A stretch of 64,000 nt of DNA. Source: Neoconidiobolus thromboides FSU 785. Taxonomy: Eukaryota > Fungi > Entomophthoromycota. The DNA lies in the NCBI GenBank assembly GCA_025603075.1, contig MU626287.1, positions 92,361 through 156,360 on the forward strand. Direction: 5' to 3'. Numbering within the stretch: the first letter of the stretch is position 1; every line of letters begins with the position of its first letter. Below the pieces are notes generated by a model. It was not told where the DNA came from and did not search any database. It saw nothing but the letters and a program-made list of their open reading frames with translations. Positions 1-13,044 of the stretch are shown one piece after another. A program made the position numbers and the translations under genes.

Positions 1-69
1 CGATATTAGTATCTTCCCTTTTTTGTTCAAAATTGAAAATTATTAAAAAAAACTTGATATTACTTACAT

Positions 70-242
70 TCCATTAACTTTTGTTTAATTGAAGCTAATT
101 CGATTGTATTTTTAGTTGTGTTCTCCTTTTTTTCAATAATGAAATAGGGGTTTCTTATTAATAAATCTTGGGCTACTGCTAAACCTTCATAATCAGGCAA
201 ATCTTGTCGTTTTCTTTTATAGGGAGTTAATGGAGTGGTCAT
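70..242 (-). CDS. First exon of an unidentified spliced gene running off the left edge
   Basis: ATG at 242 gives MTTPLTPYKRKRQDLPDYEGLAVAQDLLIRNPYF..., followed by a GTAAGT donor near 69 and an ACTAAT branch-like motif near the window edge. No recognisable domain. Confidence 0.5.
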
Positions 243-703
243 AAAGTTACAATTAAAATATTTTTGGAATAAAATTAAAAAAGAAATTTTTTTTGAATTT
301 ATATTTTCTTCTAAGATTGAAAAAAATTGGGCTAATTGGTTTAAATTTTGTATGGCTAAACTTTTGTTAGTGAAAAGTTGATCACTTTTCTTATTTTAGA
401 TTTTAATTCAACAATATTATATTCTTATTGACTAATTTATAATACTAATATTTTAATATAGTTACAAATGATGGTAATATGATAGTTGAAATACAATGAA
501 ATTAATAATAGTAATGTTAAATTATAGTAAACTAAACTATACAATATAAAGTAAAACAAAAATTTTAAGTACGTTTTTTTATAAAATTAAATGATAAACC
601 CTCTATAAATATCTACTAAGTTAAATTGTATTTATAAAATATTGACAGGGTAAAGTCTAATATTTAAAGGAGATGAGGATAAATTATAATTAAAAAATTA
701 CAT

Positions 704-3232
704 TTATAATTTATCATAGTAGAAATCGAATGGTGGAATTTCTGGTTTAAGACCTTTACGAAGACGTACTTCGGTTACAGTTTCAAGGGTCTTGGATCCA
801 ACATCAAGTGGGGATCCTGGCATTAATTGCCAGTGATCGAAGACACATTGTGGGAAAGCTTGACCACCAGTGGAAGAACGTAAAGCGGCAGTGAAACCGA
901 AAGATTCTTTAACTGGGAGATAAGCTTTAACAGTGTACATTGGGGTACCTGGACGTTGTTCTTCAGCAAATACCATACCACGACGTTTGTTTAAGCATGA
1001 GTAAATACCACCAAGAGCTTGTTCTGGGGCTTGGATTTCAGCAAGGTAAACTGGTTCAAGTAAACCTGGTTTAGCAGCTAAGCAAGAAGCGTACATGACA
1101 CGACGGCAAGTTGGCATAATTTGACCAGCACCACGATGGATAGCATCAGCATGTAAAGTGACATCAAGAATATTGAAACGTACACCACGCATTTCTTCTT
1201 CAGCGCAGACACCTTCCTTGGCAGCCCATTGTAAAGCAGCTACACAAGAATCTTTGATTTCGTTAAGGTATTGAACAGCCTTAGTTTGATCAACTAACAA
1301 GTTACATCCGTTAGTATCTGGACCGAAAGCCCAAATCTTACGAGCATCAGTGACATCCCAACCATAAGTATCAGCTAAATGACGGGCACGGATCTTGAAA
1401 TCGTCACGAGGAGTGATTTTACCACTTTCAATTTCATTTACAAGCTCAGTATCCATTGGTTCAGCTTTCATGTAAATACGGTTATGCTTGTTTGGAGATT
1501 TGGATAAGCAAACTTGGGAGGATTCAACTTGAACAGTTTCACGATATTGGACAACTGGGTTACCAATCTTAATTGGTACACCAGCATGATCTTCTTCCAA
1601 ATCTTTAAGACAAATTTCTAAATGAAGTTCACCAGCACCGGCAACAATATGTTCTCCGGATTCAGAAGTGAAACATTGGACACATGGATCGGATTTAGAT
1701 AAACGTTTAAGACCTTCAACTAATTTTGGTAAATCGTTGGCATTCTTAACTTCAACGGAAAGTCGAACGACTGGAGATACAGAGAATTTCATGACCTTCA
1801 TGTTATGAGCGGATTCGGAGGTGGTAATGGTACCTGATTTAAGAAGGAACTGATCAACACCAACAAGACCAATAATGTTACCAGCTGGACAATCCTCAAT
1901 TGGTTCAATATAACGACCCATCATAAGAACGGTACGTTGGATAGACTTAATGAAAAGATCATCTTTTTTACCTGGAACATAGTTTGGACCTTGAATACGT
2001 ACTTTAAGACCGGAACGGACAGTACCAGAGAAGACACGACCGAAAGCGTAGAAACGACCTTTATCGGAAGTTGGTACCATCTTGGAGATGTAAAGCATAA
2101 GTGGACCTTTAGAGTCACAGTTCTTGATAGCAGTGCAAGCTTCATCATCAACTGGACCTTCGTAAAGAGTTTCAGCACGGTATTTTTGAGCAGTGGCTGG
2201 GGATGGAAGGTGGATGACTATCATCTCAAGTAAAGCATCAGCAGCTGGTAAAAATTTACGCATAGCTACTTTGAGGAGGGCTTTACCTTCTAATTCTCTT
2301 TCATCAGATTTAAGACTGATTTCAAGTTTAGTTAAAAGTTCTTCAACTTTATCTTTCTTGAAGTTCATAACGGAATCGAAGATACGGTAGATTGGATCAA
2401 GAACGAAAAGATTGAAAGCACGTTCAAGTTGTTTACCATCAGCATCAGTGGATTTAGTGGTCCATTTCTTGGTTTTTGGATTGAAGTAGTTATCACCCCA
2501 AAGACGTTTCATCATCTTTTCCTTATCAACACCAAATTTCTTGGCATAACGTTCAGCGAATTGACGAAGAGTGAAACCCCAACCGTGGAGACCGGAACCG
2601 AAAGCAACAGTTCCTTTTTCTGGGTAAACTTGGCAATCACCAAGAACTTCATCAACATAAGTAGCGATAACTACGTTAACGGATTCAATGGTACGATTGA
2701 AAGTTTGATAAAGTTCTTCTTTACCAACTTGTAATTCAAGAAGAGCACGATCAACCTTGTTGATAACAACAACTGGCTTAATCTTTTCTCCTAAAGCTTG
2801 ACGGAGTACAGTTTCAGTTTGTACGCACACACCATCAATGGTGTCAACGACAACTAAAGCACCATCAGTGACACGGAGGGCAGCAGTTACTTCAGAGGAG
2901 AAATCAACGTGACCGGGGGAATCGATTAAATTGATTAAGAACTTGTTGGAAGTACTTTCTTGTTTAACATCTAACATAGCTTGCTCAGAAAGTTCGAAGT
3001 ACATAGAAATAGCGGTAGATTTAATTGTTACACCACGTTCTTGTTCATCAGCACGGGTATCAGTATAACGAGCAGTACCAGCATGAGCTGAGGAAATAAT
3101 ACCAGCACGTTGTACAAGGGAATCAGTTAAAGTGGATTTACCGTGATCGACGTGAGCAATAACGGACATGTTACGCACATTGCAGGCGGAGTCCATAAGG
3201 TCACGGATTTGATCTACTGTGAAATTAACCAT
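704..3232 (-). CDS. EFT2: Translation elongation factor 2 (eEF2), intronless CDS
   Basis: 842-aa ORF with G1 [17 protein letters not shown] and the diphthamide loop [12 protein letters not shown]. Strong codon bias and higher GC than the flanks. Confidence 0.99.
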   Translation of the reverse strand: MVNFTVDQIRDLMDSACNVRNMSVIAHVDHGKSTLTDSLVQRAGIISSAHAGTARYTDTRADEQERGVTIKSTAISMYFELSEQAMLDVKQESTSNKFLINLIDSPGHVDFSSEVTAALRVTDGALVVVDTIDGVCVQTETVLRQALGEKIKPVVVINKVDRALLELQVGKEELYQTFNRTIESVNVVIATYVDEVLGDCQVYPEKGTVAFGSGLHGWGFTLRQFAERYAKKFGVDKEKMMKRLWGDNYFNPKTKKWTTKSTDADGKQLERAFNLFVLDPIYRIFDSVMNFKKDKVEELLTKLEISLKSDERELEGKALLKVAMRKFLPAADALLEMIVIHLPSPATAQKYRAETLYEGPVDDEACTAIKNCDSKGPLMLYISKMVPTSDKGRFYAFGRVFSGTVRSGLKVRIQGPNYVPGKKDDLFIKSIQRTVLMMGRYIEPIEDCPAGNIIGLVGVDQFLLKSGTITTSESAHNMKVMKFSVSPVVRLSVEVKNANDLPKLVEGLKRLSKSDPCVQCFTSESGEHIVAGAGELHLEICLKDLEEDHAGVPIKIGNPVVQYRETVQVESSQVCLSKSPNKHNRIYMKAEPMDTELVNEIESGKITPRDDFKIRARHLADTYGWDVTDARKIWAFGPDTNGCNLLVDQTKAVQYLNEIKDSCVAALQWAAKEGVCAEEEMRGVRFNILDVTLHADAIHRGAGQIMPTCRRVMYASCLAAKPGLLEPVYLAEIQAPEQALGGIYSCLNKRRGMVFAEEQRPGTPMYTVKAYLPVKESFGFTAALRSSTGGQAFPQCVFDHWQLMPGSPLDVGSKTLETVTEVRLRKGLKPEIPPFDFYYDKL

Positions 3233-3354
3233 TTTTTATAGTCTAATGTATATAAAAGAAAAGCAATTAGTATATATCTGCCAAAGTTATCAACGATAAT
3301 CTAGCAAAGACAAAAAAAATAAAATATTTCAAATGTTTTCTTATATTAATATAA

Positions 3355-3500
3355 ATAGCCAATGAAACCCGAGCATTTAATTTTACTAATAAACTGGAAT
3401 AACACATATCCCCAATATTAATTGCGATTGGCTTAGTTGTCATATTAAATCAGGTTAATAGGTCAGCTCTGCTCATTTATTCCTTTTACTGCCAATCAAA
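3355..3500 (-). promoter_or_regulatory. CCAAT-box cluster upstream of eEF2
   Basis: CCAAT at ~3359 and ~3492 and ATTGG at ~3427, 125-265 bp upstream of the ATG. Confidence 0.45.
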
Positions 3501-4719
3501 TATATCAAAGAGCGAATTCTATATTTCAAAAGTCAAGTAAAATTCTCAAACTAACAAATGAAAAGTGAATGAACTATATTAAAGTTAAGCGGAGGGCTGT
3601 TCTTTGTTAGCTTTAATAATGGGATCTAAGCTCAGAATTTATTCCACACCCAAAAATAACCCACAATTCGAATTGATCCACCAATTTTTTTGATAATAAA
3701 AATAGATTTATTACAATATCTCAATATATTAATTTTAATATATTGTTATAAATTTTTCAAATGATTATATAAATTTTATCATTTTCACCAATCATTACAT
3801 TAATTTTTACAATGCGTTTAATTCGATTACCCCTGAAATGATAAAACCAGTTCGTTTGGTCTGGTGTTTATCAATCCTTGTTATTTACAATCATTTATTT
3901 TTTTAGTATAATTTTAAATATACACATGTAAAAATAAATAACTAACTATAACGATAAAGGATATATATAATAAACAAATTCATTTTTTAAATTTTTATAT
4001 TTACTATTTTTAAAATACATTTGTTTTATATAAAGCTCTATTATTGTAAAAAACTGTTAGCTGAAAAAATATTCTATTAAATTAAAAGAGCATAGTTATT
4101 GGGACAGTACTTTAAGCAAAATAATCAAAAAAGCAACCCTTGACTTAACCTCATCAGCTTTTATACTGGGAGAAATAGAACTATATTTAGTGCTCCATTA
4201 ATGGAAAACACCTACTACTAAATAGAAATCATCTAATTAATAAGGCCCCCTGCTTCATTTATAAAACATTTAAACAATAATTAATTTATTATTAACAAAG
4301 ATCCCATAGAGATAGTTTCAAATAATCCATAACCTGAAGACTAAAAACTAAATCATATTATGCATGATAGTAGTAAAAACCCTCTTAAAGTATTGGTATT
4401 AAATTAACCTACTATATATATAATTGTTTTCTAGCTTTGGGATGTCTTTTATGTTATGGGGGTTTAACAGAGCTTGTAATAAACATTGATTTATAGTAAC
4501 GTTTATACATTGTAATAGTTAAGAACTTTATATAACTTTAGAAAGGATTTTATTAGAATCTTCATAATAAAATTGGCTCAGCTATATATGGACCTTAGAC
4601 TTAGTTGATCGAAAAAAATAGCTAAAAAATTGCTCTCAGTATATATGTGTAAAGATAACTTGAAAGATGATTATTTATAGAATATACTTATGAGTCTTGT
4701 AATATTGAATAGAGCATTT

Positions 4720-4815
4720 GGGAATGTATTTTTATATTTAAGAAATTTACTAGCAATTTTTCCACTCAAACAGCACTTAAAAGATGGAAAAAGCGATAAA
4801 GCCAAAAAAACCTCC
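4720..4815 (+). mobile_element. MITE-like element copy 1
   Basis: GGGAATGT...AAACCTCC with the family core; flanked by ATTT/ATTT 4-bp direct repeats. Confidence 0.85.
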
Positions 4816-5302
4816 ATTTTAACAAATAGATTATCTTTAACAATATTTAAATAAAATGTTTTGATAATTTATTGATTTAATAAATCTAAAAGTTTTGACA
4901 ATTTTTTTATGGCTTCTAATATATTAGAAAGTTAAATGTATTTATATAGTTAAACGTTTATTAAAATTTGTTTCTGATATGAAAAGTTATTTTTCAACAT
5001 AAATAAAACATAATTTATTGAAAGCTATACATTTATTTTGTTTTTTTATTTTGTTTTATTTTTAATTTTTGATTTAACTTAATTTTAATTTGTATTTAAT
5101 AAGCAAATAATAATAAACAAAAGTATAATGACAATAGTTAAATATAAAGCAAAAATAAACAGTGATAAACTAGACGATATAAAATAATAACAAGACAATT
5201 TAAATAATAGCAAAATTACAATAAAGTAAACAAGTAAATCATAGCAAGATAAAGAAATATAAAATAGTAAAAGCAGTGATAGTATCAAATATCATTGTAT
5301 AT

Positions 5303-5400
5303 GGAGACATCTTTTTTTTGTTTAAAAAATTTGCTAGCATTTTTTCAGCTCAGTAGCACTTATAAGTGGAAAAGGTGATAAAATCAAAAAATATATCCCC
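5303..5400 (+). mobile_element. MITE-like element copy 2 (diverged)
   Basis: GGAGACATC...ATATCCCC with a recognisable core (tttgctagcatttttt...gtggaaaaggtgataaaatc); flanks ATAT/CTAT. Confidence 0.7.
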
Positions 5401-5492
5401 CTATCGTTTTTTGATATCATTATTATTACAAACTTTACTATTAGATTTTAATTATATGATGTTGGACAATAGAGTAAACGTTTCTAATATTT

Positions 5493-5574
5493 GAGGATGT
5501 TTTGGTTTCCTTACTTTTTCCATTTATAGTGGAAAAATTGTTAGTAAATTTCTTAAATATAAAAATACACCCCC
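5493..5574 (-). mobile_element. MITE-like element copy 3 (internal deletion, ~82 bp)
   Basis: Reverse-oriented core ctttttccat...gtggaaaaattgttagtaaa...aaatacacccc; lacks the central AAGCGCTATTTGAG segment. Confidence 0.7.
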
Positions 5575-6793
5575 TTGCTTTTTTTCCACTTCTTTCACTA
5601 ATTTACTAAATAACAATTTAACTTTTATAGCTAATATAATGGAAACAGTGACTTACATCTATACTACAATTAAATTACTACTGTTATAATATCACTTTAA
5701 GTACACTAAACTTTATTTTATGAGTTACTACATAAATATAAATTTCAATTAACATCGTAACATTTCTAATTTAATTTTTAAAAAAATATTCTCAACTATC
5801 TAAGAATCACCACTTGATATCAGTTTTTCATTAATAGTGTATATAAAAACAAATTTAATAACTAGTTACTAGCATTAATGAACTTTATATTATTCAATTA
5901 ACTAATTTAAAATATCTGACTTCTTATAAAGTAAGTTTAATAAAGCTTATATTTCTAAAATTATATATTTAAAAATACCTAAAACTTAGAATTTTTAAAG
6001 GTTTATTATTATAAATTGCTTAGCAATAATAAAAAAGTAACTCCTTTTTCTAATGACGCTTATTCCACTTATGTAGTCTTTTGAATAAAGTCACTTAAAC
6101 TTTGAGAATAAGCACATCAATCAATAATAGATTTGATTTTATATTATTAAACAAAACTAAAAATTCCATTAAATGTTTTTTTCATTAGTATTACAAAAGT
6201 ATATTTCAGGTTACGTTACTCTTCTAAAAACAAAAATAAAATAATTTTAATTCTTAAATAAAAACTATCACTAATATAATTAGCATTTAAAACCCTATTA
6301 ACACTAGGAATTACTACTAGCATTTACTAACTCTATAAATTTAATTTTTCCACTATTTAGTCTTAGTTGACCTACTGCTTCTCCTTTAATTTTACATCAC
6401 ATCCCAAAACGACTAATTCATTAGCAATTAGAGACTATAAAATTTAATAAAAATAAACGGTTGCTTGGGGTAACGTCAATTGTCCAATAAACAATAGCAC
6501 CGAGTCAACCAATAGAAACTTTCTTTAAAGCAGTAAGCTTAATTTAAGTTACACAATAATGATCCCACAAAATTTTGATGAGATGGGTTAAACTAAATTC
6601 TAAATCAATACAAATATAAAATAAATTAAACTTTATTTGTTAAGAGTACAGCGCAAATGAAAACAAGGGGAAGGAAAACCAAAGGTTTAAAAAAATATTG
6701 TGCTGAAAAATTACATTACGCAAGGGAAGAAAACAGTGGAATTCTATTAAATTAATTTTGCAATATAGAATAGGTTAAGTTCATAAATTAAGT

Positions 6794-7465
6794 TTAAGCT
6801 TCCTTTGGTTCTACAATAGAAGTCATAGGAGCATCTGGAGGAGTGGCGGCACCATTACTAGTGTTTCCAAGATTGAAACTGATAAATTCAGCTTCACTCA
6901 TGGTTTTATGTAAAAAGCAACAACGCTTACCATAAGGGCAATAACCGTGTTCCCAAAAGTTTTTACAAAGGATAGATTTATATTTAGGGTGACGAGCAAC
7001 TGGGCGTAATTCATGGAAACCGTGAGCAAATTTACATTTTTTGTTATAACGGCAATATCCAGTAGCCATAAAAGAGTCGCACATTTCGGTCTTGTAAAGG
7101 GTAACTGATTTAACTGGGGAATCTTCAGAAGAATCTGATCCATCAGAAACTGAAGGGGTCTCTGATTGAACTGATTTATTGTCATCATCATCCATTCCAA
7201 GAAGTTGGATAACATTGTCCTTAACTAATTCCATCTCTTTATCTAACTTCATATTCTTAATTCGTTCAATAAATGAGTCAGAAACTAAATCTTCATGTTC
7301 ATCCTCACCATCATCTTTTGGCTTGAAAATGGCACTAGGGTCAATAGCAACGGCATATGGATTCCATCCTGGGTTTGATAAGTCATTACTTGCTTTTGAG
7401 CCACAGTCTTTAAAGGCAGAAAGTTTGTTGGTGTTAGGATTGATTTGACCAGCGGAGAGCATCAT
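6794..7465 (-). CDS. Tandem CCCH zinc-finger mRNA-decay protein (TIS11/tristetraprolin/Cth family)
   Basis: Two C-x8-C-x5-C-x3-H fingers with YKTEMC and YKSILC lead-ins and an 18-aa linker. Confidence 0.93.
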   Translation of the reverse strand: MMLSAGQINPNTNKLSAFKDCGSKASNDLSNPGWNPYAVAIDPSAIFKPKDDGEDEHEDLVSDSFIERIKNMKLDKEMELVKDNVIQLLGMDDDDNKSVQSETPSVSDGSDSSEDSPVKSVTLYKTEMCDSFMATGYCRYNKKCKFAHGFHELRPVARHPKYKSILCKNFWEHGYCPYGKRCCFLHKTMSEAEFISFNLGNTSNGAATPPDAPMTSIVEPKEA

Positions 7466-7659
7466 GGTATTAAATAAATTATTAACAGTAAAAGAAATTT
7501 ACAGCAAAAAGAAATGTTTTAGTAATATAAATACTTTTTAAAAAATTAATTGAATTTTCAAAAAATAATCAAAATTACTTGGCTTATATACTTTTGAAAT
7601 TGAATTGAGAACTTATCTATACCCAAATTAATCCATGCTGTAAAATGCTATTCCTCAAT

Positions 7660-8430
7660 TTTGATTGGCTTAGATATTAAAAACTTCAATTTAGCTGATG
7701 GAATAGTGGGTTATATTTTTAATAGGCTTAGAAAAGTGAGAATGTGGGGCCATATAAGGAAAATTCAGAAAGGAGCTGATTGGATAGACCTTAAAATACA
7801 TTATGAAACTTAATTTGATTGGGTTTAATTAAATTGGGGAACTTGATTTTTATTTTTATAATCATCCAGTTTTTTATTCTTCTAATATTTAATTCAAAAA
7901 TTTGACCGTACATTTCATAAAAATATCTTCGTCATTAGCCCTAGATCGTCTTTATTTAGAAATTTTGCATCACTTAAACTCTCGATTTTTTTTTATTGAG
8001 TCCCCATTTTTTTAATCACTATTTAGAATTTAATTGGTCGATTATTTGTCATTTACGCTTCGATTCCAATCAATCCAATAATAGTGCTTAGCTATCAAAT
8101 TCATTGGAACTCGAATTACAACTATGATCTAATCTGCTTGGATTTGTTTTCATTTAAAGTAATAAGATCATTGATTTTGGATTTTGCTAGTAACTGAAAG
8201 AATAATATTACATGTACTCTAAAGTTTACAAAATTTAGGTCTGCTAATCTATATTTAGCAGTACTAAATTGTATTTTAAAAACGAATGACTACGTTATTA
8301 AATTAGTACTAATTGTTATACAATTAAATCTATAATGTCAATATTATTGGCGCTTTAGGACAAGAGGTTTAAAATTAGTGGATTTAATTAATTAAGAAAG
8401 ATGATTCAACCTTTATTTTTAATTTTTGAT
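7660..8430 (-). promoter_or_regulatory. Dense CCAAT-box cluster upstream of the CCCH gene
   Basis: ATTGG (CCAAT on the gene strand) at ~7664, 7779, 7818, 8033, 8103 and 8429, plus CCAAT on + at ~8066 and 8074. Confidence 0.45.
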
Positions 8431-10019
8431 TGGAAGAAAAATGTTGCGTGAAATCATACTATTCCGAAATTTTAAGGGAAACAGCAAATTGTATTTAACC
8501 ATTGCCATAAAAGAAGGAATTAGTTATCGAGTTGATTTTAATTATTCTTTAATCGCAGAGAAAGTGGTTCAAACTTGAATAGCAAAAATAGGGCATACAA
8601 ATAAAAAAGAACTGTAATAATTGTTAAGACAGAATTTGAGTAAGTTATTATCCAAAATTAAGGTTATACAATGAAGAACTTAAGTAGAAATCAAGTGATA
8701 TACTATTAAAATTGTTATATATAATTTATATATTTGATTGATAATGAGTCTAAAGTAAAATCCTAATATCATTTTGAATGATTTCAAATAAATCCTTGGT
8801 TTATGGTATTAGATAGCGGTTTTCGAGAGATTAATAACGTAAACAGTTATGTGCATCAATTCTTGGGTTAATGTTTCAATTCGAATTATGGTACACTGTT
8901 TTAGTTACTGCTCATTATACTGGTTACACCACTAATATAATTCCAAGTAGTTCATGCAATTCAAACTTGATAGTAAAAGCATAATAAAATATCATATAAA
9001 AAATTTAAGCTATTTCATTATAGTTAATCTTAAAATGTACTATTTTTAACTTTCTAATTAGTGTCATTGAAAGAGTAATAATATCGGAAAATAATTGTTT
9101 TCAGGAGTGTTAAAACTTGATAAACAAGTCCTATAAATTGAGCATATAAAAAGTAAATTAAACCAGAGTCTTGATCAATAAGTATTAAATTAATGACATA
9201 CTCTTATTTAAAAATATTGCAAAATTACTAAGGATTCTATTAATTATTTTAAATCATTAATATAATAATTTTAATAAAATAGTTTTATTCCTAAATTAAG
9301 TAAATGTATTATTCATTTATCAATAAGAACTTGATGACGACGATTACAATCTTACATCAAGTAATTATTATTTATGGAAGTATGTTTATAATTATGGAAA
9401 CCTTTAGTTTAATGTTCTAATAAAAACTAATAGAAACTCAATTTGTCTTACTTATTTTCCTCTTATTTATTTTTAAATATCCTTATAATTTAACTCACAG
9501 TAAGGAATATATTGCTACATTTATAAAATTAGTTTAAAACTATACCACAAACAGATTTGTATGAATTTTTGCTTAATCTTATTACCTTAATCATATTAAT
9601 TTTCAATAATCTTTCTATATGAAATTTAGTTTTAATTTTTAAATATCCCCATTAAATAAAAGTCAAATAAACATAAAATTTGAAAATAAAACTAAAATTA
9701 AGGAAACAGTAACGAATTGCTATCTAATATACAAACTGAATCTTATTAGAAATTATCTTTTGAGTTTATACACATCACCTTAAATTAAGTTGATAATGAT
9801 ATTTAATTTTTATTTTTTAAAAATAAAAAAATAAAATAAAGATAAAAGTATAATAGTAACCAAAAAAACCGAAAACAGTCAGAAGGTAACTAATTGATAT
9901 TTAATATGAGTTAGTTTTAACCCGAAATTCGGATCAGTCAGGGTATTTATTGTCTGATGGTAAATATTCAGGTTGTTATATTACATTATAATCGGCTTAT
10001 TATTTTTGGAAAAACATAT

Positions 10020-10118
10020 GAGGGTGTTTTTTTTGGTTTTATCACTTTTTCTATCTTTTAAGCGCTATTTGAGTGGAAAAATTATTAGTAAAAGTCTTAA
10101 ACATAAAAATACATCCCC
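10020..10118 (-). mobile_element. MITE-like element copy 4
   Basis: GAGGGTGTTTT...TACATCCCC, full length; flanked by ATAT/ATAT. Confidence 0.9.
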
Positions 10119-11231
10119 ATATTATATTTTCATTTCTAAAACGAGAAGTTTTTAAATTTTTATAAAACTTTCAATATGTTGACATTTTTTACAACAATTA
10201 ATAATGCTCAGAAAATAAAAAATGAAACCAGAAAAAAGATCACTATATTAGTTAAATGTAAAGTTTCAGACAATGAAGGTTGATGGAATACTAGTTAATG
10301 CTCACTCATATACTTATCTCACAATAATTTAAAATATTGTTAAACTAGCTGATGTATTTTGGCATCTTTGAATCTTAAACAAATATATCTTTATAGGCTT
10401 TTATAATAGTATGAGTAGTGTGAAAGTAGTATTCAGTGGTTAGAGTTAAAAAAGCAGTTTTTTGCTTAATTAACTGACTGTAATTCAAAAGGTCTTAGTT
10501 GATATAATTAAAATAGGCTTTAATAAAAATAACATATAACAAACTTTGCACTATATAAAATAAATAAAAGATACTACTATAAAAATTATATAAAATATTA
10601 TAAGATTTATTAGTTTTATTAAAGGTATAATGTTAGAAAACAATTCAATTAAAAATCTTGAGTTGTTATGTTGAAAACTCTGTTTTATATTCTAATTGGG
10701 TAGATATATACATGGAACACAGTAGCAACTGTAATTTATTATTGTAATTCCCAAATATAGATATCAAAATGAGGAGATAATGTTCTTTGGAATTAGATAG
10801 TAGATATTCTTACAGCAAATCGAAATAAGAAACTCTGAATTGATTGTACCACATGAACCATAATCAATTATAAAGCTGAAAGTAATATTTCATGGTAATT
10901 AAATAACTTATTAAGAAAATAGAATAGAGCTTATAGAAGGTAAATCCAATTTTTACCCATGAAATAGAATAACTAAAACGCTTGGTTGGATGAGACTGAG
11001 TTGTTCTTCTCACAGTATATATTTTGTTTGCTGACAGACTCAGCTTGAAACATGTTATTATACTTTGAGTTTTTATTTTTATTTTATTCACAAAATTATT
11101 ACATTTAAAATTTTAAAACCTCCTTTTAACCAATAGAATAAGATTGAGGTCTATCTCTTAAAAATGAAGGTATATTCGAAACTTCAAATAAAATATTTTT
11201 ACTATTTTCTTTCTATTTATTCTATACTTAA

Positions 11232-12590
11232 ATGTCAACCAAATTTGACTAACTACCAAACATTATGCTAGAAAAGGTATTTTCACTATTGGAACCAAAT
11301 GAGTTGTTTAATTATCGGATGTTAAATAAATAGATTAAAATTATTAATTATCTCGTTAACAAAAAATAATGAATTCAGTTTACTGCTCATCTTAGAAGTA
11401 TTCAAAGTATTAAAATTTTTTTGTCAAAGAGAATCCGGTATTAGCGAAGCATATATATATGCAATAACGACCTTAAATACATAAATTGTTATCAAAATAC
11501 AACATTTATGGATTATATTGCTTTTTTTAGTGGCGACAATAATAATACTAGTATAAAGATGAAGTAGAAGTTAAACTCACAAACCTAAAAAGGTTACTTA
11601 GATATTCTTACAAAATGATCAAGTCCTTAGCTTTTTGATAATTGTTTATATCTGGTTAAAGGTTTATATCCGGTTAAAGCCCTTATAAGTGAGGAAGGTA
11701 ATATAATTCTTAACGAGATGATCGATTATCATAGTCTAAAGTAATTTAAGATTGCTTATGTTCTATTCGAAGGACGATTTCCATCTTGATGACTTGAATT
11801 TACTTAAGATGAGATTCAACAGATTAAAAAGATTAATTTTACCCATTTCTGGAATCCTTTTCACTTCTATCAGATTCAATCCCAATTTAAATTTTAATAT
11901 TAACTTATAATTCGAAGTTAGCCAAAATTCCAAAGACTTTGATATCAGCTGTTTAGGAAACCTATAAAAATCGAAAAGTATATAATCAATTGATTATTGT
12001 GACCATTTTTTTTAGATTGAACGAGAGAGATGATAATAATATAAGTCTTGTTGAATGGAATACTATTGTTCTTTGTGTGACCTTGGTCTAATATATCCAG
12101 TTGATCATGGTTTCATGAAATTGTCCACTTTAAAAGAATTGATCATTAAAGAATTTTTAATAGGAGTTTTAAAAGTAAATTACTTATTTTCAAACGTTGA
12201 AAAGATTAAAGTTAATAATGATAATTCAATTCAATATGAATTTATAAGACAAATTATTTTGGAAAAGCTTGATAATCATCATCGAGATTTAGAGCTTATT
12301 TTCTATCTTTATTTCCAAACCTTGAGGCAATTGACATTTTGAATATTTGTTCTAATTATGTAAGTAATTCAATGAGTGATACCCTTACGATCTCTCTCTC
12401 TGATCTATCGAATAATATAGGACCAATAATGAATGCTTTAAGGGCAATACTAAGTCATCTAGCCCCTTTTGACTCTATTCCTAATGCATCCAATATTTTT
12501 TTACAAAGACCTACTATTTCACAATATCAGCCTAAAGTCCTAATATTTATAATAATGAAGTTTCTAATCAAATTCAAAGTCCTGTATTAA
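11232..12590 (+). pseudogene. Decayed F-box/LRR paralog
   Basis: Manual translation from ATG 11232 gives MSTKFD*LPNIMLEKVFSLLEPNELFNYRMLNK*; internally YSKDDFHLDDLNLLKMRFNRLKRL...RFNPNLNFNINL*...DFDISCLGNL*KSKSI. This aligns with the 20976 and 23423 ORFs but carries several in-frame stops, a deletion and a frameshift near 12305 (SLFPNL). Confidence 0.9.
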
Positions 12591-12945
12591 TAAAAACAAA
12601 ACAGCTTATTATTATTTTAATTTTATTATTTATTATCTACTATTTGGATTTCAATATTGTTTTATTATGCTATTTTTTATTGTTAAAAAAAGAACTTAAA
12701 ATTGAATTAATTCCTTCAATATATTAGGTTTAGTAATGTTATGTATATATTTACTAAGTTACACCCTTTATAAAAGCCTTTATTTCTTCTATAAGACTCT
12801 AAACTTTACACAATAATATTATTTTCTTTTAAGTTAACCTTTATCTTTTTTACAATTCCTTTATCAATCATACTCACTCTTCACGTTTAATGAGAAATTT
12901 TGTAGATTAACAAAAGAAAAAGAAGCTCATTTTATCTTATTACTT

Positions 12946-13044
12946 GGGGATGTATTTTTGTATTTAACAATTTTACTAGTAATTTTTCCACTCAAATAGC
13001 GCTTAAAAGATGGAAAAAGTAATGAAGCCAAAAAAAACACTCCT
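12946..13044 (+). mobile_element. MITE-like element copy 5
   Basis: GGGGATGT...ACACTCCT; flanked by ACTT/ACTT. Confidence 0.9.

Noticed and set aside
1921-2734. Short ORFs overlapping eEF2 (and similar shadows on the CCCH, F-box, OSH, Kelch and DAM1 genes)
   Set aside because: Antisense or alternate-frame by-products of codon-biased or low-complexity coding sequence.
5085-5288. Hydrophobic 67-aa ORF
   Set aside because: Low-complexity AT-rich intergenic sequence with a TTG/ATA-type composition and no splice or codon support.
6500-6793. AU-rich elements in the CCCH gene 3'UTR (autoregulation)
   Set aside because: ATTTA-like words are expected by chance at this AT content.
8600-9400. Possible decayed coding sequence in the long CCCH-upstream gap
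   Set aside because: Short protein-like stretches on the minus strand but no recognisable homology; cannot be supported without a search.
9973-10155. ORFs sharing KHKNTSPY-like peptides (also 26602-26823 and 33054-33266)
   Set aside because: The shared peptide is the translation of the MITE sequence, and the ORFs use TTG/GTG starts; not a protein family.
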